The position numbers were made by a program, and so were the translations under genes. Below, piece by piece: positions 23,880-35,805 of a DNA stretch of 64,000 bases. Source of the DNA: Microthyrium microscopicum (taxonomy: Eukaryota). The notes beneath the pieces were generated by a model. It had not been told where the DNA came from. It was given only the letters and a program-made list of their open reading frames with translations, and made no database searches. Location: NCBI GenBank assembly GCA_010405405.1, contig MU004235.1:386538-450537 (forward strand), written 5' to 3'. Within the stretch, counting starts at the first letter, position 1. Each line of letters opens with the position of its first letter.

Positions 23880-25889
23880 TTATGGTACAGTGTCGCGTGG
23901 CATTTTATCACAATAGCGTATAATAAGCCTCCTGTAAGATTGAGTCTCTGGTATTATATCGCCACTATGAGGCATCCAGCCAGGGATGAACAGTCGAGAA
24001 CTCCAGTACAGTTCCTGCTCATAGATTTGGTCTTCGTGCAGGGCTCTTAGATACTCATCCTGTGAGCTAAAGAGAGCCCTTATTTCGCGGAGAAACACCA
24101 CTTGACTATCTGACAGGCCAATGTCCTTTCTTTTCAATTTTGAAGTACTTTTGAATGAGGGGTCGAGTGGAGAGCCTTTATGCCGCCAAAGAAAATGTGA
24201 CATTAGGATGTTGTGGCCTTCAATGTACTCCTGAGCAAGCCCAGTCGAGCCGTACCGTTCTTTGGAATCATAACGAATCGCGTTTCGTCTTGAATGTCTC
24301 AGGCACCACTCTAAATTGGTGTTCAGAACGTAAACTGTCAGGAAGATCTCAAAAGAGTGCTCCTTGTTCTGGCCGGACATTTTCTCCTGAAGCTCGCTCA
24401 GAAGACGACGGCGTAGTGGTTCTAAGAAATCTCCAATCACGATTTGATCAAGCTGTTGGTCCATTGTTGGTGTAATTGGTCGCATGTTGAAAAATGGACT
24501 GTCAAATTGATAACTTTTATCGATGCCAAGTGTTTGAGTACCGGTCATGTGCCAATCGCGCTCTATCATTCGATTTATTGCAAGCAGTTGAAGAGCATTC
24601 ATAATCAAAGATGAAGGAGACTCGGATGCAAATTGTAAAGCATAGCGAAGAACCTGCTGTGTAATATTGCCAGATTGATTAACGACGTGTTCCAGATATT
24701 GCAATTGTGATCGAGAGATGTAATCACATATGCTTTGGCGTGCCTCGACCAGCGAAGCAAGACAGTATGATGGCATTTCGATCAACATCTGTTCTCCATT
24801 TCGGTACCATACATGATGAAGTTTATCCCCAGGGCCAGGTTGGAACGGAGCGGCCAAGAGATCAAGTGTTGAGCCTATTGATTGGCTGATTTGTACTTGA
24901 ACATAGCCAGGTCTGACGCCAACAATTTCACGGAGTTGATATAATTCTTTTCTGTTACTCTCAAGTGCGTGGCCAGAGTGTGGTCTTTGACGAAATAGTC
25001 GGATCGACTCGACCTTTGGACCAAAAGTGGGTAGTTTTGATGTCATGCACCGAATGTACGGCCAATACGTTGGATCACATGGTTTCTTGCACTTCTGGTG
25101 ATACAAACATGCTCCCAGTTTTCTGTTGAGAGCGGTTTTTTCTCTTGCTGCAGGATCTTTGGCTTTGCTGTACTTGTTATTGAGCTTGAACACCTGAAAC
25201 ATGCCATCTTCTTCCTTTGTGATATATCGGCCCTGTGCTCTTTGAGCTGTCCAGTCAGATGTTGAGGCCTTTCGTTTTCGGTTCGCAGGCTTGTGGAGAG
25301 GTGGCTCCACTACAGCATTGGTCGCATTGATCGCTTCGTTTGGGTCAAGATGTGTCTGCTGGAGCAAAGCAAGCGCATTTTGCTGCAACTTCCATGAAGG
25401 AGAGACCAGGGAAATCTCAGAAGGAGCTGGTTGGGATAGTGCCATAAATTCGTCAAAAGTCATGGTAGTAGCCTCGTTTTGAGAATCGATACATTGCGCA
25501 TTGTGCTCACCAAATGCGGTATCATGAACATAATTCGCAAAGATATCATCCGTAGAAAGTCCCTCGATTTGCTGTGCGCTAAAGGTATCCCAAACTCCGG
25601 GATTTGCTGCTGGAATCGATACATTTTGCGCAGATGCTAGCGTGTAGGCAAGGAGCTCATCCTGCTCATCTGGGAAAGGTGTTTTCTCTGGACTGATCAG
25701 ATTGAAGTCGGGCTCAGCAGGAATTATTCCCCAGTCGTCAACAAAGGTGTTGTAATTGGATGAGCACGCGAACATGTTCGAGATCGTTGGAATCGATGGC
25801 GAGGAAGCAAAGCGAGGCGAGCATGGCCTTGAGAACTTGGGTTGTTGAAAATAGGAACTCAACAGTGGAGACACGAGTGGAGTGGCCAT
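23880..25889 (-). CDS. Intronless 669-aa putative regulator with a degenerate Zn-cluster-like motif
   Basis: Long ORF; REKTALNRKLGACLYHQKCKKPCDP motif after an acidic N-terminus; later IEMPSYCL, PTMDQQLDQI and FEIFLTVYVL, typical of fungal Zn-cluster-like proteins. Confidence 0.7.
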   Translation of the reverse strand: MATPLVSPLLSSYFQQPKFSRPCSPRFASSPSIPTISNMFACSSNYNTFVDDWGIIPAEPDFNLISPEKTPFPDEQDELLAYTLASAQNVSIPAANPGVWDTFSAQQIEGLSTDDIFANYVHDTAFGEHNAQCIDSQNEATTMTFDEFMALSQPAPSEISLVSPSWKLQQNALALLQQTHLDPNEAINATNAVVEPPLHKPANRKRKASTSDWTAQRAQGRYITKEEDGMFQVFKLNNKYSKAKDPAAREKTALNRKLGACLYHQKCKKPCDPTYWPYIRCMTSKLPTFGPKVESIRLFRQRPHSGHALESNRKELYQLREIVGVRPGYVQVQISQSIGSTLDLLAAPFQPGPGDKLHHVWYRNGEQMLIEMPSYCLASLVEARQSICDYISRSQLQYLEHVVNQSGNITQQVLRYALQFASESPSSLIMNALQLLAINRMIERDWHMTGTQTLGIDKSYQFDSPFFNMRPITPTMDQQLDQIVIGDFLEPLRRRLLSELQEKMSGQNKEHSFEIFLTVYVLNTNLEWCLRHSRRNAIRYDSKERYGSTGLAQEYIEGHNILMSHFLWRHKGSPLDPSFKSTSKLKRKDIGLSDSQVVFLREIRALFSSQDEYLRALHEDQIYEQELYWSSRLFIPGWMPHSGDIIPETQSYRRLIIRYCDKMPRDTVP

Positions 25890-26423
25890 GTTTGAATAAT
25901 GGTAGTAAATGTTGCCGGAAATTTGGGTTAAACATGAACAAGACTATCGTGGTCACTCTGCATATTTATCAACACCAACTACATCTTTGCCAATAAGGCT
26001 GAACCTGGAGGGCGATGATGTCAGTCACGATAGATATCTACATGGTCCGAACCCATCGCAACACGAGGCCACCTGACACGAAATCTAGAGCGGTCGGAGA
26101 GGCTCAGTGCGCTTGTCAATTGGGCAATGGAGATAATTTGCCTAGAGTTGAGGTTGGTCTAGATCCCGTTGTGGAAGGCACGTCAGAGGCTCAGGGTCCA
26201 AACAGATAATGGAATGTGCGCTGATTGGTTGCGAAGATCTGGAGCCACGTTTTGTGACGTCATACATCGTGGGCGCCACGATTATCAAGGAAGGCGATGC
26301 AGGCGCAGCACATATCAAGCAGATGTTGTTACCGGTCAGACATCTAGATCTCTCCGACTTCTTCTTGTAGCCATTGCGGCCTCAGACGTCATAACTCAGT
26401 GCTTCAATTGACACTTTTCGGCT

Positions 26424-27227
26424 ATGGATCATTCCACTATACCGCGTTCGCGTTTTGTGGTGACAGAAGCATTGCTGAGTCAATTGGATGTTGTAACGGA
26501 CATTGCGCTCTCTTCTTTAGCCGTATTTGACCCAGCATGGGATTGGCGATTTCCGAATCGATTGATTCATCCTTCAGAGCACCGACTCCTGACGAGGCAG
26601 AAATTCCACAACTTCATTGCCGATAAAAACTCGAAATGGCGAGTCTTCATTGCACAGGAGACAGCGACTGGTGCCACACCGTCAAAAACTGTTGGATTTG
26701 CTGTCTGGGATGTCTCCAATATGCAGAGTCGTACGGCGGCATTGAAAACAGATCGACAAGATCGACAAACTGCTCGCCGGTCGCCAGATCTGGTTCTAGA
26801 TTCCACCGCCAAACCCCCAACTTCACCTCATCACGAAAAAGATGGGCATCCACAGCGACTTGCAGCCTGGGCCGAAACAACCAGCAAAGCGAGAAGAGAA
26901 TTGTTCGATGAAGCCTTCGGCAACAGATACTTTAGTTTGCAAATATTGGCCGTAGATCCACAGTTCTTCCGTCAAGGGGTTGCAACATTATTGTGCAATT
27001 GGGGTATCAAAATGGCCAAGCTTAAGAACATGTCCATTGCACTCTTTGCCAGCCCACAAGGTCGACTGTTTTATCCCACCTTGGGTTTCGAAGCTATCTC
27101 CACCGTGGAAGTCCAGGCGTCAAACGATGAAGCAATCCAGCTCATTGCGATGGCTTATGACTCCAGATCCAGGATTAGCGCTCAAACCACGAGAGAAAAC
27201 ATGTCTCTTCCTACGCAGCAGCATTGA
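26424..27227 (+). CDS. GNAT-family N-acetyltransferase
   Basis: DPAWDWRFP, VGFAVW, YFSLQILAVDPQFFRQGVATLLCNWG (motif A), ASPQGRLFYPTLGF (motif B). Confidence 0.85.
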   Translation: MDHSTIPRSRFVVTEALLSQLDVVTDIALSSLAVFDPAWDWRFPNRLIHPSEHRLLTRQKFHNFIADKNSKWRVFIAQETATGATPSKTVGFAVWDVSNMQSRTAALKTDRQDRQTARRSPDLVLDSTAKPPTSPHHEKDGHPQRLAAWAETTSKARRELFDEAFGNRYFSLQILAVDPQFFRQGVATLLCNWGIKMAKLKNMSIALFASPQGRLFYPTLGFEAISTVEVQASNDEAIQLIAMAYDSRSRISAQTTRENMSLPTQQH

Positions 27228-28521
27228 ATCATCTGAAGATGACGTCAAAAGCAGAAACATTTGGAGGCCTGTTGGCTGGCTTATCATCAGTGTCCATCGT
27301 CGTGCTGCGCCACAGTCACCAACACCAGCTCTCTGACATCAAATAACGGCGTCGTGTTCGACGGATTTCGCCCTACGAAGGCGGAAGTCTACAACATACT
27401 CTACAAACTATTAAGTGCGTTGTTTACCATCGAGTGCGATAGTTATCAACGCCGCCACTGCTTGAGAAGTCTCATCGCTTTCTCGACGTGCCAAAGGCCA
27501 GCCAGATTAGGTTGGCTCGTCAAAGCTGGATTCAAAAGTATGTGATGCGACAAGAGATATGTTGGTTCGGATGTTCCGGTAATATAATACGTTCTAGCTC
27601 CTGGGATTTCTGATGAGGCTCTATGCTAATGCCAATGAAGTTATTTGGCAAAATGCAATGCCTACAACTGGGTCGTTGATTGAGCTGTAATGCTACCCTG
27701 CCAAATGCTACACTACAGATACATCTATCATGCTCTGTTATAGGTCGTGGAATTGTATCATAGGCTACCTCTGACATATTATGATGAAGGGAAGCAATAT
27801 TCAAACACCTCTCTCCAGATTGGCTGAATGCTTTTTGAAAGCTATCTGAATTTCAATCGGGTAATTGAGCAATATTCTGGCCTTATTTACAACGTTTGAG
27901 TCTGTCGTCAACGATGGAACTGCGAGGGTTCAGATGTCCAAGCGATTGATGTGCAGAGTGCCAATAATCCTTAATGAGAGCAGCGAAGTGGAAATACGGA
28001 AGACGTGTGTCGGCAACCTCCCAGAACTGCCTTGTGAATGGCCGCGTTTTTTGAGCTGTAAGGCAGCATTCGATATAAAGGCAATTTGATGAGTGAAATA
28101 GGGCTTGAATAACATGAGTGGCTTCATGCCAATATGGCCAGACAACAAAAAAGTGTCAGTAGATGTCGACGATCCTTTGCCTAAATAAGAGTTCGGGGAA
28201 GTATTTGGGGGTGTGATCGCTGGCGACGGTGAAGGTAACATGCGAGGAACTGCCGCTCACTCTTGTTGCTTGATGGTTTGAGCTTGATCAAAGATGATAT
28301 ATAAAATCGTCGCTGTTTTCCGAATCAAGGACCGATTTCCAGTCCAGGATTCATCATCTCCAGTGTAGGACACTGGCTCAACCTCTTTACATTATAAAAC
28401 CTATCACACTTCACGTTCTATCAGCATGTGTAGGAGCACTAGAGCTTGCACTGAAGCTGACCTGTCTTTTCTCTTTTCCCACCCGCGAGCACGTTGGTTG
28501 ATATCCTCTTTGCCTGGGTTG

Positions 28522-28933
28522 ATGCATACGTCCGGACGACTCGCACAACAATACCACGCTCCAGATCCCACTTTGACTAGGTATGTCATAATTTAGATTT
28601 ATTTTATTCGGGCTAACATCCTACTTTAGCTCCATTGCTGCGGCTGCGGCTTCGTATTCAATTCCATTGCATGATTGTCCACAACGCGATCGCGTTGAAC
28701 ACCAGAATGGCGCTGGTCAAACCCAGGACGCAACGCCTACTAATGAAAGCCAAGACCTCCTTGGACTTGGAATGTGGTCCATCAATATCACGAGTCACGA
28801 TACCAGATGCGCCGTCGATATGGAACCAAGGACGAAAGAAAAGCAGGACTTTCTCCCACGTCAGACACCAATGGAACGCTTCCTAATGGACAGAGAAAGC
28901 TCTTGGAGCGTCTACAATCCACATGCCAAATGA
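28522..28933 (+). CDS. Small orphan protein (~120 aa); exons 28522-28580 and 28630-28933
   Basis: Textbook intron 28581-28629 (GTATGT..GCTAAC..TAG) joins MHTSGRLAQQYHAPDPTLTS to SIAAAAASYSIPLHDCPQRD...; TATAAAA near 28393. Confidence 0.5.
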
Positions 28934-28967
28934 ACCATTCAATTGCCCATTTTCAATATAGTTCGAA

Positions 28968-30482
28968 CTAGCTGCAACTGTCACTTCGAAACAGCACACG
29001 TTCTCTTAGTGCTCCAGGCAAAATATTCCAAGTAGCAATCTTCCGCCTTTCGGAGTCACCATACTTTTCGAACCACGTCTTCTTCAGGCCCTCGGGTGTC
29101 TCCCAGGCCATGTCCTCATTTCGTAACCATAGGCGGATAATTTGCCGTCTTTGTAGCGGTTTATCGACAAAGTTTTCCCTCGCATGTTGGCATGCTAGAT
29201 TGTTGATGAGCTGGATGTCGCCTCTTCGTAACTTTATTGTCACCTTGTTCTTCCAAGCTGTGAAGTGCACCATATCGATGGCTTCGGCTTGCACTTCGCT
29301 CATGGGCGGGACTCCTGGGCTCCTCGGGGAGGTTGGAGAGCCGGTAATTGGTCTTCTAGAAAAGCAAAAGGCAGGACCTCTGGCTCCGAAGTTGAACAGA
29401 AGGGCGCGAGTGTTATAGAAGGCTGGTACCCGATGTCTGTGTTGGTCAGCCTGATTTTCTATCATACCTCACAGTCGACCACATACTTATCGAATATCCA
29501 GTTTGGTTGGGAGAGTGTATGAATCGCGTCGGGGCGGTTGGCGGCAATCTCGTTGTATACTTTCGCAGAACTTGCTAGATGGCTCTCTCCACCTTCTGCT
29601 GCCTCTTCTTGTACATACATTGCAAGTACGTCACAAACATCATTATGAAATGGCTTCACATGTCAGTCAAATTTTACTGACCTCGATATCACTATTACCT
29701 GAGCATTGCTTGCGTATGGGGACTGGCGCATATCGCTGTTCGCAATTTTGTAGCCAAGGTCCTTGATATGGACTACAAATCATCAGCTCCACTGCGGCTT
29801 CTTCGCGGGAAAACTCACTGAGCATGTTTCCACTCGAATCTTGCACTGCTCTTTTGTCAGCCACATAGCTGGTGATTCCTAGATATATCACAATATTCTC
29901 CCACGCCGTATACCGCCGCGGCTCCAGCCCACGAATGATCTGAAATCCTAGGCCTTCATGTACCTGACCAGCCACATCTCGTAATCGCGGCTCCAACAAT
30001 GGCAACGGAAAAGTTGATGGCTGCACCGTATCGAGCTCGGTCGATGGTAGTCCTAAGGTCTTGTAATGCGCCAGCGCGGCGTCGACTTCAGTCACCTCAG
30101 CGTCACTTAGTCGGAGCACGTAGTCTTCTTCGCGAGTATCATTACCAGTCCATGCCCATGGCTCGATCACGACATCAGGGAAGCCTGCGGGGACACGAGT
30201 AGGGCGATGAATGGCGAGCTTGGCGAGTGCTTTGGCGCGCGCGACGTACGTCTCATGCGATGGCATCCATTGAATGTCCGGACCAGGCCATACGGTGTCT
30301 TCGTCTCGATCGATTTTGTCATAGAAGGGCCCATCCGTTGACAATGTCGAGTCGAGTGACAGAGGAACGGCGGCGTCGGCTCGCAAACGGGCTTCATATG
30401 AAGAGGGTACCGTGTGCTCGTGAGTAAGGAACAAATTGTGCAGACCGGTTGGCGAAGAAGCGAAGGTCGTTGCTGGAGGCAT
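28968..30482 (-). CDS. TauD/TfdA (clavaminate-synthase-like) Fe(II)/2-oxoglutarate dioxygenase; three introns
   Basis: TFPLPLLEPRL, GLGFQIIRGL, spliced Q|PFHNDVCDV (H-x-D), EGGESHLASS, GDIQLINNLACQHARENF, RQIIRLWLR. Confidence 0.9.
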
Positions 30483-31083
30483 TGTCGTGAATGGCAGTTT
30501 GGCCCTCAACTATGCAGGAAAGGTATACGGCTAATGGTAAGAACGAAATTGCGCAATTCGTATCAATCCACCATGAGAGCTTAGAGTCTTATACACTGCT
30601 TTCGAGCCAAGAAGAGTTCAGCTTTGTTTCGTTCCACAAGCTATTCACGAATAGTTTTGATCGTTCATTGGTGTTTAGCCGGGTAGGGCAGGGTCTGTTG
30701 CATTTCCTAGTCCATGGGTGGATAGCTTAATGTATGAGTGGATGAATTCGGATCTAGAATTGAGGGGCTTGCATCTCTCTAGTTGTTCGGTTTGATTGGA
30801 GGTTCACGTTGAAACTTAGTGTATTGGGATCTCAGTAGCTCCTAGAATAATATCGAAAATGTTAGATATATCAAAACAAACAAGATGATGATGTATGTCA
30901 TGGAAATCATTGGTAGACGTGAACAAGGAAGAAGCTCCAATTCTGACATATTAGATTCGGAAATCAACATCCACGCAGCTAGTTGTAACAGTTAATATTC
31001 GATGGATGCTCTATTTCACAAGGCCCGGGTACTGTAACCACAGATATTTTGTAGGAAACAATTGTATGATAGAAGGAACGCAT

Positions 31084-31915
31084 CTATAGAACGGACAGGT
31101 TGCCAAACTTCTCCTGTTCAGGAGTTAGCAATTGCATCAGAATCGGACTTTTCTCACTTACGTCGTATTTTGGCACTTCGAAACGACCTTTTGAGACAAG
31201 TTGTTCTGTACGTTGGTCGATCTCTGGTTGTGCCTCTGCTACATCGTCCTTTGAAAATTGCGAATTAGCATGAGTAGTCAATTGGCGCGTGTCCCAGAAC
31301 ATACCACGGTGAGCTGATCGAATGGTCTGGCCTCCTCGATATTTTTCAGAGTTTTGTCGAGATCCTTGAGCTCCTGATCCACAACGACCTTTGTCTCCTC
31401 GGCGCTCTTCACGGCTTGTGCTTCGAAGGCCTCAATGGCCTTGATTTGTCGACCGACATCGTACGTAGCGGGCTTGAAGTTCTTGAATTGCTGCTCGATC
31501 TCGTTGATGACGGCGGAGTTCTTGAGGAGCCCTCGGTATTGTGCGAAGTCGACGTTCTGGGGTTGCTCCTTTAGATGCCGGACTTATGCTCTCGTTAGCG
31601 AATCAAGGTATCGGTGGTGCGAATGTTTTGAGACCAGAACTCACCCTTTCTTAGCGCATCATCATGTCGCTTCTTGAAGGCACTCAACGAGTTCGCAGTG
31701 TTTCCCTTGAGGCCTAGCTGCGTCCCCAAACGAGTCCAGTCCAGCTTGAGTGCACTGTTGGTAGATCGCTGTGCTGGTCAGCGAAAATCTTCATTGAGCC
31801 GGTAATGAATCAATTGGCACGATAGGTTGGCAGCGCTTATCAGCGGGGCCTTCTCTAGGCCGGTATTGAATCAATTGGTACGATAGGATGATGATTAACT
31901 CACCTGAGCAGCCAT
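31084..31915 (-). CDS. ATP7: Mitochondrial ATP synthase subunit d (multi-exon)
   Basis: [42 protein letters not shown]..., [58 protein letters not shown]. Confidence 0.93.
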
Positions 31916-32549
31916 TGTGTGAGTTGTGGGAGTATTGAGGCCGAATACCTTGAAGTGGTGTTGGTCGATAGTGGAAGCTTCAGATTTGAAGATGTTGAAC
32001 GCAAAGCGCTGGTCCAAGCGTCTGTACGCTTATTGGATGAACTACAAATTATGTAAGCAAGCTCTCTCGTCGATTTCGACATTTTCCGAGTCGAGACTCA
32101 TTTCAGCTTCCTCCGCAAATTTTGACGCAGTCAACTCATTTACAACCTTCGGGACCCTGTATGCCGTAGAGTGCGCTCCTATCTGGATATTGGCAGTGGA
32201 CCACAGTCGAGGCTGACCGACCTCTCCTATGTCTGATATGTCAGCTGGCCCAGAAGGAATGGCTGATCACGTCGCGTTTGCAGCGAGAGAATTCGGTGGT
32301 ATCAAAACATTTCAATTCATTGAGTCATGATACAAACAATAGGAAACTCTCTGGCTGGGATTCTGTACAATAGTGATGAGGTTAATGATTGATCTATCTC
32401 GCGCCTCAGCCCATCCAACATTTCAACAAGTATCCAATCCTCTCGCCATGGAGTCTTGCTTTTGGCATCGCCTTCGCCATCGCCCTTTGCAGGCACCTTG
32501 GTCCGATATCTTGAATCGAAGTTTAAGCTCGCTCATAGTAGGTCTTCTG

Positions 32550-33257
32550 CTAGGAGTCCCCGGCTCCTCTATTGCCATTCTGGCTTCGGTTCATCACAGA
32601 ACGCTTGACTGCACGTGCACGATTTGAGTGCTTCTGCTTCGAAGCCTTGGCAGGATCAAGTTGAGCTTGTTCTGGTGATGGAGGGCTTGCGACTCGCGAT
32701 GGAGTATTAGAAGGTTTGAAGGTCATGCTCTCTGTAAGAAATGGTGTCTCAGCTTCAGTATTGTTCGCGTCCTCGATGTAACGGTTTCCGGTAGGAAGCT
32801 GGGTGAATGTCTCCAAGGTTTGACCTTTTGGACTCTCTGATGGCGACATGGCGACTGAGTCTTGCTTCTTCTTCTCCGGCTCTGCTTCAACCTCTGCCAG
32901 GTATTCCAGATTCATGTATGCCTCCAAGTCCACGTCCATCCCATCCTCCTTTTCAGCCATCTCCGTGTCCTCTCCAGGAAGCTCGTTCACTGTGTCAGAT
33001 GACGCACCCGCGGAATCCGAATCATGCGAATCATCTCCACCTTCATACACCTCGTCTCGCATCTCAGACAGCCAGCCTAGGGTTTTCTCAAGACGGGCTA
33101 CAAAAGGATCCACTTCGTCTGTTGCGGCTGTCAGTAAGACTTCGCAGTTACAGTGGTGATTACTTGCCATCTCGCGGCGGCATATTTTTCTGGATATACG
33201 CGGCGTATTGAGACACGGTAGACTGAGCCTCTTGAAACCAGGACTCGCACTCCTCAT
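32550..33257 (-). CDS. Hypothetical acidic/low-complexity protein; 5' exon structure uncertain (may extend to ~33520)
   Basis: Long stop-free frame (DEVDPFVARLEKTLGWLSEMRDEVYEG...). A probable GC-AG intron 33167-33119 links it to DEECESWFQEAQSTVSQY; further intron-like signals lie upstream. Confidence 0.55.
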   Translation of the reverse strand: MRSASPGFKRLSLPCLNTPRISRKICRREMASNHHCNCEVLLTAATDEVDPFVARLEKTLGWLSEMRDEVYEGGDDSHDSDSAGASSDTVNELPGEDTEMAEKEDGMDVDLEAYMNLEYLAEVEAEPEKKKQDSVAMSPSESPKGQTLETFTQLPTGNRYIEDANNTEAETPFLTESMTFKPSNTPSRVASPPSPEQAQLDPAKASKQKHSNRARAVKRSVMNRSQNGNRGAGDS

Positions 33258-34077
33258 CCTAAGTGAGCTTACAGTCTACGCCGAGGATTAGGTTTACGCC
33301 GAGCCACCACAGACCTAGCGACGGCTCCATCAAGTTGGCGCGTACTGTCAAACGTTAGAATAAAACAATCAGTGGTTGCGTGGTTGACTGGCTTTGTTCC
33401 AGTGCGGCATATTGACTACCGTGTAGATACAAATTCTGAGCTTTTGACAATTGAAGGTTCCATCGACTCGCCGACGTCCTCAACTCAAGAATGCTTCGTT
33501 CTTTATTTATCCAAGACATGTTGACAGACTGATCATAGAAATATGGATTGAGGCGAAGCCTGACACGTCGCGGAGGTGAAGTTACCAGGCAAATGACAAG
33601 ACTGGCAGAAGCGGCTGGGTGCTCTTATCTTTTCGTTGTGTTAGACCTGAGAGCTCTCAATATCTCCTTCGCCTCGCTTCGCATATTGCTTCCCCATTGT
33701 CATAAAGCCTTGCCAGAAACGGTAATGATAACGCAAGTAGGTTCGTTTCTCCTGCTTCAACTAGTCCTTGAATTTTGCTGCCAATCTGACAGCACAAGTT
33801 TGTGGGCCAAGGGATGGGTGATCATTTGCGCAGAAGTGGAAGCCGCAATCAACAAAACCCAAGACCAAATCGACCTGGCCCGAAAGCGACCTTCATATGC
33901 GTAGAAACGCATGCTTTGGTGATTGGAGAAATATTGCTCAACCTGACAAGAATTGCGCATCCAGGCCCTTCGAGAAATGGCTAGACCACGATATTAAGTA
34001 TACGATAATACAGGAATTACACTATTAGTGTCGTTGGAAGTATGTCTTGGTGACAAGGATAACCGATTGATTGAGTT

Positions 34078-35606
34078 TTAAGCCTTTGACTTTCCAGAAT
34101 CTCTCTTCCGATCCCATTCCTGATTTCCACGACCTTGATCATATCCCTTCTTAATGCCCAGCTGCGCGGCTTTTTCTCTGGGATCCACTACCATGAGTTC
34201 TTCTTCGTTCTTTCGCTTCCATTCCAAGTCTTTGCCAAGTCGGTCTTTCGCGAAACTAAGTTTGTGACCAAGCCAGCCATCACCAGTATCGTCGTCTTCC
34301 TCTTGGGCTGTCCAGTCAGTACATGATTGACAATCTGCAACAAAATGCAAGTCGCACAACTCTGCTTCGTCGTCGTCTTCACCGGAATCCGTAGTCTTAG
34401 TGATTGCCCTAGCTTTCCCGTTCCCCTCGACGTCTTCTTGGGCCATGGGAGCATCTTCGTCATCAACGTCGTCCAGTTTGTTTTTGAAAGCATTGAACAT
34501 GGCTAGAATGCTCGATTCATCGACTGGTGCAGCTCCTCGTTTTCGACCTCGCGTCGATGTCTCTGGTATCATTGCCTCCAGTGCCGATTTTGGCTTCTCC
34601 TTTTGTGATTTCTTTTCTGGTCCATCTCTTCGTAGTGATGCTTTTAGAGCAGCGATTTCCGCCTGGTTCTTTTCTAATTCCGTGTCTCGCTTTAGTGGTG
34701 GTGGAGATCTCTCTTCTTCCGACGGTAAGGAAGGCAGTCGACGAGACTTCTTCTGTGCTTTGGGACTTGGCGATCTCTCCTTGGCAGGCTCAGGTGTAGG
34801 CTCTCTCTTCGGTTTTGACATCTTCTTCTCCTTTGGCTTGGACGTCTTCTCCGGCAGCGTTACATCTGCATCAGCCAGAAATTTTGTGTTGTATTTGGCT
34901 TTCTTAATCACCGGCCCAGTCTCCTCAGCATCATCCCCAAAACTTAACAAATTCTTTCCCGCCTTTCTTTTAGCTTTCTTCACCACCTTCTTCTCCGCTG
35001 GGGCAGTCGCCCTCATCACATCCCGCTTGACCATATCCTCAAATGGATTGACCAGAATCTCCGCGCCTGTCACTTTGGCTGGGTATAGTGGGCGTTCAGT
35101 CCCCTCGGCAAGTTCTGCATCTCCCATCTTAACAACATTGTATATCGTATCGCCAACGACCCGGCCGAATAAAGTATTCTTTCCTGTCAGCTCTGGCGTC
35201 GGCCCCAGGGTGATAAAGAACTGCGATCCGTTGTCATTCGGCGCATTATTCGCCATGCCCAGCAACCCTCGGCGGTTGAACTTCAATCTGGAATTGAATT
35301 CGTCTTGAAAGGGCTGGCCATCAATCGCAGATGCACCGCCATGGCCTGTGCCTGTTGGGTCGCCTCCTTGAATGATGAAAGTAGGAACCACTCTGTGGAA
35401 AATGGTATTGTTGTAGTAGCCATCGAGGCAGTGTTGTAGAAAGGAACGGCTGGCGAGGGGAGTCTGCTTTGCGAACAGTTCAAGCTCGATATCTATCAGG
35501 TTAGCATCTACGAGCTTTACGTGAAAGAAGTGAACTCACCTCCAAAAGTGGTTTGGAGCAACACCTTCCCGGTCGGATTTGGCTCGAGATTGTAAAGCGT
35601 AGACAT
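34078..35606 (-). CDS. CWC27: Cyclophilin-type peptidyl-prolyl isomerase Cwc27 (spliceosome); one 5' intron
   Basis: MSTLYNLEPNPTGKVLLQTTFG|DIELELFAKQTPLASRSFLQHCLDGYYNNTIFHRVV, RRGLLGMAN, CDLHFVADCQSC, WLGHKLSFAKDRLGKDL. Confidence 0.95.
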
Positions 35607-35805
35607 GATGCTGGGGAGATCTCGAGCTGGTTATCTAAGGATTTGCATGTTAAGAAAATGGGGGTTTTGGGATTCGAAATAAAATTATTGAGGCATGGAG
35701 TTGGAGATGCGATGGGGCTAGCTACAGTGAACGAGGGGCTGACAAACTCTTGACTATTCTGGGCTCCAGGACTTCCAGCTCTTTGACTTATTCCATTTAT
35801 CTGTT

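Noticed and set aside
27500..28260. Several 70-100 aa ORFs between the GNAT and the orphan gene
   Set aside because: No consistent splice model or motif; possibly decayed coding sequence but unsupported.
34400..35308. 302-aa + strand ORF (similar cases at 9695, 10525, 13878, 21823, 43493, 58494, 59135)
   Set aside because: Antisense shadows of well-supported genes, with no motifs of their own.
35607..35805. Very short divergent spacer CWC27/PGS1 (also SDR/MMM1, ~250 bp)
   Set aside because: Compact bidirectional promoters are ordinary in filamentous fungi.
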